IMG/VR virus record: IMGVR_UViG_3300032216_000103
Coordinates: 1 to 25,899 of that record
Origin: a virus
Lineage: Duplodnaviria > Caudoviricetes
Strand: one strand, 5' to 3'
DNA length: 25,899 nucleotides
Shown here: one piece after another, positions 1-8,205 of the stretch
How the letters are laid out: every line of letters starts with the position of its first letter
Numbering within the stretch: position 1 is the stretch's first letter
The notes under the pieces: generated by a model
What the model was told of the DNA's origin: nothing
Databases searched by the model: none
What the model saw: only the letters and a program-made list of their open reading frames with translations
Made by a program: the position numbers and the translations under genes

Positions 1-2544
1 AGACGCACGTTGCATTCCATCTTTAATATCAGCAAGTTCTTTAGGCGTAATGGATTCATGCGCAAGTGCATCATTGATTGCCTGTGTTAACTTAGGCTTA
101 CCACGAGCAAGCTTTTGCTGCTCTAACAATGACTTGATTGCTTGAATCTTTTGTATACGACGAGACTCAGTAGCTTCGGCTAGTTGCTCAAGGTCAGGGA
201 AATTACTTGGATCTAAAGGAGTAATAGCATCATTAAATTTTTCAACAGCTTTTTGTATTTGGCTATTGATTGCTTTCCATAACTTTACGCTACCCTTATC
301 TCTTTCTCCAGCCGCAGCTTTTTCTTCGGGGGTTAATTTTTTGCGCCCACGAGTTTCAGGTTTAGCTTTTACGGCAGGTGTTTCATCAGTAATCGTACCG
401 GGTTCAAGTCGTATCGGCTCAACGTTCTCGGCCACCACATCAGTGGATTTGCCTTTTAGTTCTGATGTTACTTGCTCAGCAGGTTGTTTCCCTTTTAATT
501 TTTTAACTTCAGCGTCAAATGCACGACTGGCTGCGGTATTTAAGGCGTCCCAATTATCACCTTCTTTATAACCCTTTCCTACTAACGTATCCCCCATATT
601 ATTTTCGTAGGAATCAATTGCTTCTTGAAGGCTAGGGTAATCATTTACTTGGTCAAACGCAGAACTTGCATTTATACGAGCAATACTTTCAACTTCGGCT
701 TTCTTTTCGGCAAAGTCTTTATCTTTTTGGTTTTCTTTTTGTTCAGCTTCTAATGCCGCTTCTAACTGCGCTGTTTCTTCATAGGAAGGACGACCTTGGT
801 TTGGTATATCCCGAACAATCTTAGCAAAATCTTTGTCCCCCATCTGCTCATATTGAGCAGCAACACGTTTAATACGTGCATCAGTATCATTGAACGGAGG
901 GGCAGTTGGGTCATTTTTGGTACGTTCTGCGTACGCTTCTTCAGCGGTGGGTTTTGGTGGGGTTGAGGGCGCTTCTTCTTTAGGCTCCTCATCCATAAAG
1001 ATATTTTCTTTACTAAATAGTTCATCCCGCTTGGCAATTTGTTCTGGCGTTAATGCAGTGGGTTGTGTTTTTTCTCCAACATCAACGCTTGGAGCATTCT
1101 GTCCAGTAGAAACCACTCGATCTGACTTATTGACTCCAGCTCCTGTGGCGGTGGTAATCTCACCGGGTTGTCCAGCCACTGAAACGCCTGCTCCACTTGT
1201 TGAGGTGATAGGCTCTGCAACATTTTCTGCTCCTTTTGCTTCGATTTCGGCATCCGCATCTGCTTTTATTTCTTCAGTTACAATTTCAATAGCCATCTCC
1301 CTAGCATTTTCAGGGGAGACACCAGCAGATACTAAGTCTATAGCTACGCCTTTTACACGTTCAAAATCAATATCAACGCCTTTGGGTTTTTCTTTTTCAG
1401 TAAGAGGCGCTTCAATAATCTTAATTTGACTATCGTTAAGTTGCTGCTGACCAAGATTGGCGTATTGTTGCCGAGCGTTTCGTCCTTGTACAGCACCCGT
1501 AGTCGCACCAAGACCAAGACCCGCAATACCTTCTAGTACACCTTGTGCAATTACACCGCGCATAAGCGGAACATCATAACCTTCTCGGCGTAATGCAATG
1601 TTCTCGGATACCTTTTCTTGGCTACCTTGTAAACCCTCTGTGATAAATTCTTCGCCGCCAGTAATAGTCGCTTGTTTTACTGCGCCACGTTTAGCAACTT
1701 TTTTAAGTTCTTCGGAAGCTGTAGCTTTTAATGCCGCTTCAGCAGCTTCTTTAGATCCTTCGCGTTTAAGAATACTACCAGCAATACCTCTAGCTAAAGA
1801 TGGCTCAAAACCCGTAACTGCGCCAAGACCACCAAGTGCGGCCCCTGTTAAAATCATGTCAAGGTTTTTGCCGTTATAAGCTTGAGCAAGCTCCGCACGT
1901 TTTTCAATCTGGTCGGGGGGCATATCGGTTTTTTCAAGTTCCCCTTTAACCGCATCATATATAGTACCTTTAACAGTACCAGCACCCATACCAATACCAA
2001 CACCCGCACCAATAGCACGAGCAGCAAGTACGGACTCCCCACCTAATAAAGAAGCAGCAATCACTCCAGCCGAAGTGCCGAGCGCATTAGCAACAATGTC
2101 TACTGGTGCTACCGTAATGGCTTTAAGGCCAGCTTTAACTTGATCGAGTACGCCTTTATCTTTGGCTTCTTCCATGATGCGATGGACTTCTTGCGCATCT
2201 TGTTTTGACTGAGCACTGAACAACTCGCCAATATATCCTTCGGTAGACTTGAGTGCTTTAGATACTGGGTTGTTTGCACCAAATACATCGGCAAGCATAC
2301 GCACACCAGCCACAGCACCTTGCCCAATTTGTAATGGTACGTCAGCTACTTGCCGTAAAACAGATTGATCTTGTGGACGTTCTTGTGCAACTGCGCCTCC
2401 AAATTGCGAAGCTAATTTAGAAAAGTCTAATTCTTTTGGTTGTTGTGGTTGCTGGGGCTCAACTCCACCACCAAATTTGGCAGCAAGATCATCGTATCCA
2501 CCAGTTGAACCACCAAACTTAGAAGCAAGTTGGTTGTAGTCCAT
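1..2544 (-). CDS. Large internal virion/ejection protein, partial (>=848 aa, runs off left edge); not in ORF track
   Basis: ATG at 2544 overlaps the upstream TAA (TAATG). I read the frame as open to base 1: MDYNQLASKFGGSTGGYDDLAAKFGG... It has Gly/Ala-rich hydrophobic segments (AIGAGVGIGMGAG), a GGEEFITEGLQGSQE segment and a long charged low-complexity region. Last and largest gene of the ejection cluster. Confidence 0.85.
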   Translation of the reverse strand, partial: MDYNQLASKFGGSTGGYDDLAAKFGGGVEPQQPQQPKELDFSKLASQFGGAVAQERPQDQSVLRQVADVPLQIGQGAVAGVRMLADVFGANNPVSKALKSTEGYIGELFSAQSKQDAQEVHRIMEEAKDKGVLDQVKAGLKAITVAPVDIVANALGTSAGVIAASLLGGESVLAARAIGAGVGIGMGAGTVKGTIYDAVKGELEKTDMPPDQIEKRAELAQAYNGKNLDMILTGAALGGLGAVTGFEPSLARGIAGSILKREGSKEAAEAALKATASEELKKVAKRGAVKQATITGGEEFITEGLQGSQEKVSENIALRREGYDVPLMRGVIAQGVLEGIAGLGLGATTGAVQGRNARQQYANLGQQQLNDSQIKIIEAPLTEKEKPKGVDIDFERVKGVAIDLVSAGVSPENAREMAIEIVTEEIKADADAEIEAKGAENVAEPITSTSGAGVSVAGQPGEITTATGAGVNKSDRVVSTGQNAPSVDVGEKTQPTALTPEQIAKRDELFSKENIFMDEEPKEEAPSTPPKPTAEEAYAERTKNDPTAPPFNDTDARIKRVAAQYEQMGDKDFAKIVRDIPNQGRPSYEETAQLEAALEAEQKENQKDKDFAEKKAEVESIARINASSAFDQVNDYPSLQEAIDSYENNMGDTLVGKGYKEGDNWDALNTAASRAFDAEVKKLKGKQPAEQVTSELKGKSTDVVAENVEPIRLEPGTITDETPAVKAKPETRGRKKLTPEEKAAAGERDKGSVKLWKAINSQIQKAVEKFNDAITPLDPSNFPDLEQLAEATESRRIQKIQAIKSLLEQQKLARGKPKLTQAINDALAHESITPKELADIKDGMQRAS
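2395..2541 (-). repeat. Three copies of an 11-aa peptide repeat [DG][YF]xxLA[SA][KQ]FGG
   Basis: DYNQLASKFGG (aa 2-12), GYDDLAAKFGG (aa 16-26), DFSKLASQFGG (aa 40-50) of the 1..2544 protein. Confidence 0.9.
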
Positions 2545-4808
2545 TATTTAATCCCTGCGGCTGCCTTAAATGCGTTAGCTGATTTTTGGTCTGGGAAACT
2601 AAAGACTTGTCCGTTAGGAGCTTTTACAGAAATTGGACTAGATGCGGCAGCCGGAGCAGAAGCGGCGGGAGGAGCAACGTTAGGAGCTCCAGCATCTGAA
2701 GACTTACCTAACATACTATTAATCATTTCATTTTCACGCGCCTTCATACCTGCGGCATCCTTGTTTTTCTTAGCTTCACGCCAAACGGGATCCGACAGTT
2801 TTCCAATTTCTACTTTATCTATAGCAGCAAGACGGTTCTTTAAGTCACCAGCTTCTGCGCGAGCTTCACCGGGATAACGACCTAAATCACTTGAAGCTTC
2901 TTTAGCAGCTTTAGCCATTGTTGCCGAATTAGGAGGTAAACCACTATCTACAAGTGCTTGATAAATAATACCTCTTTGTTTATCTAAATCAGTCGGTTTG
3001 TTAGCCGTAGCTGCATGAGATGTTGCTGTGATTTTAGCTGTGTCAATATGACCTAATACTTGCGCTCCTTTACCAGCAGCTTCAGCATTAAATTTAGCGC
3101 CTTCAACAACATTCTTACGCTCAATATCCTCAAGTGCCATTGCTTTATCTGTAAAGCCATCTTTACGAGCTTGTTTAGCAGCCGCACCAGCAATTTTGGC
3201 TTTCATTAATGCGTCTTCAGCCGCCATTCTATTGGCTTGTGCTTTTTCTGCGCCTTCTGCAACAGTACTAAGTGCGCTACCGTAACGATCTCCGGGGGTT
3301 ACACCACTTTTCTGTAGCGCAGCCGCCGCACGTAATGCAATAAGCGGATTAGTTTGAGCATTCATACTTTCAATTTGCGCTTGGCGACGAGTAATATCTT
3401 GTGCAAGCAATGGATCAACTTCGTTTTCGCCATATAAATCTTGTAAGCCCGTACGTCTGCCAGTAACTGCTGCTTTATAGTCTTCGGGTTTTTGGGGCGT
3501 ATATTCATACCCCATGCTTTTTGCAATCAAATCTTGCGTTGTGTATGGTTTGGGTTTAGGGGTTTCGCCGCCTTTATCAAAAGCCAATATTCCACCACCT
3601 GCAGCACGAACTACATCAACTCCGGGGGGCATAGCACTAGCAATACCGCGACGCATCGCAGCATCTTGAGCCATTTGTTCCATAGCCAACTGATAAGTAT
3701 CCATATCGCCACGAGCCTGTGCATTACGTTGCACAACCGGAAGCATTTGAGATGGGACGTTGTCGACTGCGTATTCTTTAAACTCTCGGCTAGTAACACT
3801 ACCACCACCTGCATAACCCGTAATTGCACCGCCAGCGGCTTTAGCTGGAGCACCTGAACTTGGTGTGCCAAACAATGAACTTAAACCATAAGCACCAAGC
3901 CCCAAAGAGGTAAGGTTTTGCATCCCAGTCGGCGCAGCTTGATAGACGGATGAACCCGTTTGAGTAAGTGGCGCGCCACGTACAATGTCAGAATAGAACC
4001 CAAGACGTTTGTATGGGTCGTTCTGTTCCGCCATAAAGTTTTGGTAGTTGGTATTAAGCACGTTCTGCGCTTGCTGCTGCTGTTGTAGACCCATTTGGTT
4101 TTGCAAACCAACAAGACCGACATTTTGAGCAAACTGAGTTTGGCCTAAACTACCTAAAGCATTAGCACCAGTCAAAGCTGTTTGAAGTCCTTGCATACCA
4201 AGGTTGGCACCAAACTGTTGCTGTTGAGCGTTTTGCTGGTTTTGTGTGTTGTACTGTTGTTGCGCTTGGTTATAAGCGTTTAATTGATTTTGCCCCAACT
4301 GACGTTGCAACTCTGCGTTTCCTTGGTTACGCATAAGTAAGTCGCCACTACCGCCAAAAGCCCCACGTTGCGCAGCTTGCGCTTGCTGCTGTTGCTGAGC
4401 TATTGCCGCATTTCTTCTAGCTGACGCATCCATGACATCCGTAAAAGGATTCATCATAGTGTTGCCTGTTACATTACCCTGTGCATCTCTAGTAGTAGCG
4501 TTGCTGTACGCAGAACCAAAATCTGATGGCTTAAATGTATATTGCGCATTAAGCCCGCCAAGCCCAGCCATGCCCGCCAAACTAGTTGCATCTTGCAACT
4601 GAGGCGCAGAAGTCATTTGTTGAGCGTAATCGTAAGACTGTTGTTGCAACGGAGAAAACTGTGCAACTTGCTCGCCCGTATATTTTTGATATGGGTTTTG
4701 ATCGTAGCTTGTAAGTGCTTGAGCACCGCCAAGAACATCTTGCGCAAACGGTGCTACTTCAGGGGCAAAGCCTGTTTGATACTGCGTTACTGAAACTGGA
4801 TCGGCCAT
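2544..4808 (-). CDS. Internal virion/DNA ejection (pilot-like) protein, 754 aa
   Basis: SD AAGGAG upstream. Gln/Asn/Ala-rich N-terminal half, hydrophobic Gly-rich segment (LTSLGLGAYGLSSLF) and helical C-terminal half. Lies downstream of the nozzle as podovirus ejection genes do. Confidence 0.7.
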   Translation of the reverse strand: MADPVSVTQYQTGFAPEVAPFAQDVLGGAQALTSYDQNPYQKYTGEQVAQFSPLQQQSYDYAQQMTSAPQLQDATSLAGMAGLGGLNAQYTFKPSDFGSAYSNATTRDAQGNVTGNTMMNPFTDVMDASARRNAAIAQQQQQAQAAQRGAFGGSGDLLMRNQGNAELQRQLGQNQLNAYNQAQQQYNTQNQQNAQQQQFGANLGMQGLQTALTGANALGSLGQTQFAQNVGLVGLQNQMGLQQQQQAQNVLNTNYQNFMAEQNDPYKRLGFYSDIVRGAPLTQTGSSVYQAAPTGMQNLTSLGLGAYGLSSLFGTPSSGAPAKAAGGAITGYAGGGSVTSREFKEYAVDNVPSQMLPVVQRNAQARGDMDTYQLAMEQMAQDAAMRRGIASAMPPGVDVVRAAGGGILAFDKGGETPKPKPYTTQDLIAKSMGYEYTPQKPEDYKAAVTGRRTGLQDLYGENEVDPLLAQDITRRQAQIESMNAQTNPLIALRAAAALQKSGVTPGDRYGSALSTVAEGAEKAQANRMAAEDALMKAKIAGAAAKQARKDGFTDKAMALEDIERKNVVEGAKFNAEAAGKGAQVLGHIDTAKITATSHAATANKPTDLDKQRGIIYQALVDSGLPPNSATMAKAAKEASSDLGRYPGEARAEAGDLKNRLAAIDKVEIGKLSDPVWREAKKNKDAAGMKARENEMINSMLGKSSDAGAPNVAPPAASAPAAASSPISVKAPNGQVFSFPDQKSANAFKAAAGIK

Positions 4809-4817
4809 GTCGGCTCC

Positions 4818-7538
4818 TTATGCGGGAAGGTATTTATCAGCACGGGTATTTTTGGCAACTTTGCCTTTACCCACGGTCTTGCTTCGTGCAGATTGCACGC
4901 GGTCCATCATTGCGTAAAGTTTACGCGCACCCGCTTCGGTCGAGCCATTTCCTATTTCAGAAACGATACGAGCAGGGACTACAAATTCGCCATCAGCCAG
5001 TCGAGCAGGCTGCTTGTTTCCGATGGTTGCAGGGATTGAATCAGATACGCCATCCCCGGGGCCACGTAGTAAACGTCCACCATCAGAATAACCACCAAGA
5101 TTATAATGAGCTTGGCCGCCAGCAGCAAATGGAGTTGATGTTTGGTCATCTGTTTGATCCACAGTTGGCATTACTTGAGGAGTTTGCTGGTATGCTTTCA
5201 TACGAGCGCGGTAATCTAACTCTTGTTTTAATTGCTTAGCTTGCTTAGAACTACCTAAACCTTTTGCGTCTAGTTTGTCATAAGCATTTTGAGCATCTCC
5301 CGTCAACAAAGTACGCAATGAATTAGCACTTCCACCACCGGCCAAACCGCCTCCAGCATCATTACTAACTTGATTTATAAGGTTAGCAACAGGCGCGTTT
5401 GAATCTATTATATTACCTTTATTGTAATAAGGATTATCTACTACAACACCATTTTTAAAAACTTTTGGGTACTTAGAGAATTGTTTTATTTCATCGGCAG
5501 TCGGCGCACTAAAACTAGAGTATGTATTTTTTGGTTTTACATCTGGCTGAGTTTTTGTAGCCGCATATGAACCTAAACCACTTAAGTAGTCGTATGCAGC
5601 TTTAGACCCACCCGTATTTTGGTAAGTTCTTGTTGGTTTCAACGTTTGACCAAGATGCCCACCGCCCGCTGTAAAAGCTCTAGTAACAGCGTCTATACCT
5701 GAGAACGCGCCATCAGGACGACCGGGTACATTTGACACTACTGTGCGCGTACCATCCGGGTTAGTAATAATATCGCCGGGGGTAGCAATTGAAGTTGTCC
5801 CGCCAAGATAGTCTATACCAGTTTTATTGCCAGAACCATAATTACCATACGCACCATTATCGTAGGTTGTAGCGGTAGGTAATTGTGTACCACCGGGTAC
5901 TACGCCACCTGTGTCTGTTACTTTTGATATAGGAGTTGTGGGGGTAGGAGTTGTAGTTGGAACAGATGCCTTTACAGCATTGTAACGATTGTTAACTTCG
6001 TTTTGGCTAAGCCCTGTAGCAATAGATATGTCTTTGGTAGAGATATTATTTTTATCCATAAAGGCTACCCACTCTTTATCCGAAGGAGTAACTTTGTCAG
6101 TCAAAGGATCAAATTGCAAAACTTTATCTGCTACTTGATACGCCTTTGCTACAGTATCTTGGTTCCAATAGTCCCCAGTAGCGCCCCATTTAGAGTTAAC
6201 ACCTTTTTCCGCTGCGGAAAACTCAGTTGGTGAAAAACCTTGTTTCATCAGGTCTTGGTATATACCCAATGTGCCTGAACCTTTTTGCGTTGCAGTTGGG
6301 TCAACATACTTACCTGCTATACCAGCAATATATTGATTTACTGCGTTTGGATTAGCGTTGTATGTTTTGACTGCCTCGGCAATATTTGCATCTGGGTTAG
6401 CTGTAAAAAAGTTTCCCATTTGTGTAGGAGAGTAGTTTGTATACACTGGGGGCATACCCGGATTTTGTCCGGTAGGATACAAAGTGTTTTCAGCGCCCTG
6501 TAACATATTAAACCCGGCGGAAGGAGCGGCGGCGGTTGGAGGAGCAGAAAAGCCATAATTTAATCCAGTTATATCTCCGGTGTAGCCAATTGCCTGTGCA
6601 ACTTGCCTAGCTTGAGCTTGATTAAGGCCAAAATTATTTACAACATCTTGAGCAGTTGTGCCGGGTGCAAAACCTTGTAAACCAGCTTGAATAGCCGCAG
6701 TTACTCCTGCTGGAGTATCAGATGAAACAACACTACCGTCAGTTCCACCAGCATATCGTTTAATTTCACCGCCTTCAGCCATACGCATTACAGGCTCATT
6801 GTTATACGCCAACTGACCGGCTGGGCCACTTGCGGGATTAGGGTTTTGATTCATTGCCGCGCCGTCACCACCAACTGTAGCAAAACCACCGCCAGCGTAA
6901 GCAGCCATTAAACCACCCCTAGCTGCTTGAGCAGGAGCCACTTGAGAACTTACATAATCAGAAATAGATTGGCTACCAAAATCCCCTGCTTTTATAGCGG
7001 GAAGATCATAGTATCTATGCGTTGCGGGATCATAGGCTTTAGGTCGAATATATCCGGTGGCAGAACCAGTACCTGTTGGTAATCCAGTCGAGCTATTTTG
7101 TCCCATTAATACAGGAGCCGCAGCCATTGCACCATATTGGAGAAGATCCTTTGTAGGCATTGCTTTAAGACCGCTAAGCCCAGCTTTAAATGCTTCACCC
7201 GTAGGAAGAGATGCTGGAGTAGCTGCTGTCTGATTTACAAATGAGTCTAAAGGGGTTGCTCTTTGTGCGGCGGCATCCGCAATACCTTTTTCTGCACCGC
7301 CTAATAATTCACTTGTACCATAAGCACTGGCACCGGCCAGCAAACCTTTTTGCAGACTACCAGAAGCAACAGTGGTAGCACCACCAACCATGCCCGCTAA
7401 TTCCAAACCCGAATACGCGCCGCCAGTAGCATAATCTAAAGCAAGCGTAGCAAGAGCCGAGCCAAGGCCAGACTTACCTATCTCGCCTTTTCCCGCAAGA
7501 ATCCTAACTGGGTTAAAGTCGCCTAAATTTAAGCTCAT
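4818..7538 (-). CDS. Internal virion/ejection protein, 906 aa, with C-terminal GPGDGVSDSIPA...LADGEFVVPA domain
   Basis: SD AGGAG. N-terminal Gly/Ala hydrophobic helices, long low-complexity middle, and a C-terminal motif of the kind found near the C-termini of many phage tape-measure proteins. Confidence 0.7.
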   Translation of the reverse strand: MSLNLGDFNPVRILAGKGEIGKSGLGSALATLALDYATGGAYSGLELAGMVGGATTVASGSLQKGLLAGASAYGTSELLGGAEKGIADAAAQRATPLDSFVNQTAATPASLPTGEAFKAGLSGLKAMPTKDLLQYGAMAAAPVLMGQNSSTGLPTGTGSATGYIRPKAYDPATHRYYDLPAIKAGDFGSQSISDYVSSQVAPAQAARGGLMAAYAGGGFATVGGDGAAMNQNPNPASGPAGQLAYNNEPVMRMAEGGEIKRYAGGTDGSVVSSDTPAGVTAAIQAGLQGFAPGTTAQDVVNNFGLNQAQARQVAQAIGYTGDITGLNYGFSAPPTAAAPSAGFNMLQGAENTLYPTGQNPGMPPVYTNYSPTQMGNFFTANPDANIAEAVKTYNANPNAVNQYIAGIAGKYVDPTATQKGSGTLGIYQDLMKQGFSPTEFSAAEKGVNSKWGATGDYWNQDTVAKAYQVADKVLQFDPLTDKVTPSDKEWVAFMDKNNISTKDISIATGLSQNEVNNRYNAVKASVPTTTPTPTTPISKVTDTGGVVPGGTQLPTATTYDNGAYGNYGSGNKTGIDYLGGTTSIATPGDIITNPDGTRTVVSNVPGRPDGAFSGIDAVTRAFTAGGGHLGQTLKPTRTYQNTGGSKAAYDYLSGLGSYAATKTQPDVKPKNTYSSFSAPTADEIKQFSKYPKVFKNGVVVDNPYYNKGNIIDSNAPVANLINQVSNDAGGGLAGGGSANSLRTLLTGDAQNAYDKLDAKGLGSSKQAKQLKQELDYRARMKAYQQTPQVMPTVDQTDDQTSTPFAAGGQAHYNLGGYSDGGRLLRGPGDGVSDSIPATIGNKQPARLADGEFVVPARIVSEIGNGSTEAGARKLYAMMDRVQSARSKTVGKGKVAKNTRADKYLPA

Positions 7539-7560
7539 GGCTGTCTCCTAAATAAGTTCA

Positions 7561-7589
7561 AGTTTATCATGTTGGGAGGCTTGACACAA
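7561..7589 (-). promoter_or_regulatory. Candidate sigma70-type promoter for the ejection-protein genes
   Basis: Minus strand TTGTGT-N17-TAAACT with extended -10 TGn (TGATAAACT), about 22 nt upstream of the 7538 start. Confidence 0.4.
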
Positions 7590-8205
7590 ATGAAAGTGTA
7601 GCCACAACTGAAGCTGTAGATGGTTTTGTAGGTGTTCCCGAAGCTGCGTATGTGGGTATGGTTACAGAAGCGTCGGTAACCGACCAATAAATTTGTATGT
7701 AATCCCCAGCCGCCATCTGCACATAGTAGTTCCAACCTGTAATGGTATGAAATGGATCACCGGGATTTTTCCTAGCGGGTAGACCCACTATACCTGTAGA
7801 ACCCGTAATGTCCACATCATTTTGGCGCAACCAAATATACAAATCATACGGGGCGTTAGCCGAGTTGTCTATCTGTGCGCTAAATTGTAAATTGTAAATA
7901 CCTGCGTTTTCTGCCGTTATCTTTGAGCCAGACTGCAAAGAAACTTGATTGCTAAAGTCCGTTTGAGATAGCGTCATCAATGTGGCTGTATTGGCTGTTG
8001 TCGACTGGCTTGTATAGCTGGAAAACGCACCATAGGGGAAAGCAATAAACTTGCCACCTGCGTTGCCAAAAAGCTCGGATAACGCATTCCTCAACTGATT
8101 AAAGTACAGACGCAAGACGTTGGCAAACTGATCCTGATACCGGCGCTCATACTGCTCCGTGCCCAAAGGCAAGTTAGGTACAGCAGGATTAATTATGCGT
8201 GGCAT
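7567..8205 (-). CDS. Tail-associated structural protein (N-terminal helix + C1q/TNF-like beta head), 212 aa
   Basis: Coupled to the nozzle gene. Helical N-terminus (FANVLRLYFNQL) followed by a GIYNLQFSAQ...GDYIQIYW beta-sandwich pattern. Confidence 0.55.
   Translation of the reverse strand: MPRIINPAVPNLPLGTEQYERRYQDQFANVLRLYFNQLRNALSELFGNAGGKFIAFPYGAFSSYTSQSTTANTATLMTLSQTDFSNQVSLQSGSKITAENAGIYNLQFSAQIDNSANAPYDLYIWLRQNDVDITGSTGIVGLPARKNPGDPFHTITGWNYYVQMAAGDYIQIYWSVTDASVTIPTYAASGTPTKPSTASVVATLSFVSSLPT

Noticed and set aside
266-2877. ORF-track entries at 266, 762, 890, 1050, 1598, 1854, 2109 and 2530
   Set aside because: Shadow or alternate-frame ORFs overlapping the continuous minus-strand frame 1..2544 and its upstream neighbour.
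7581-7609. Plus-strand TTGACA as an antisense promoter
   Set aside because: No acceptable -10 element at 16-18 nt.
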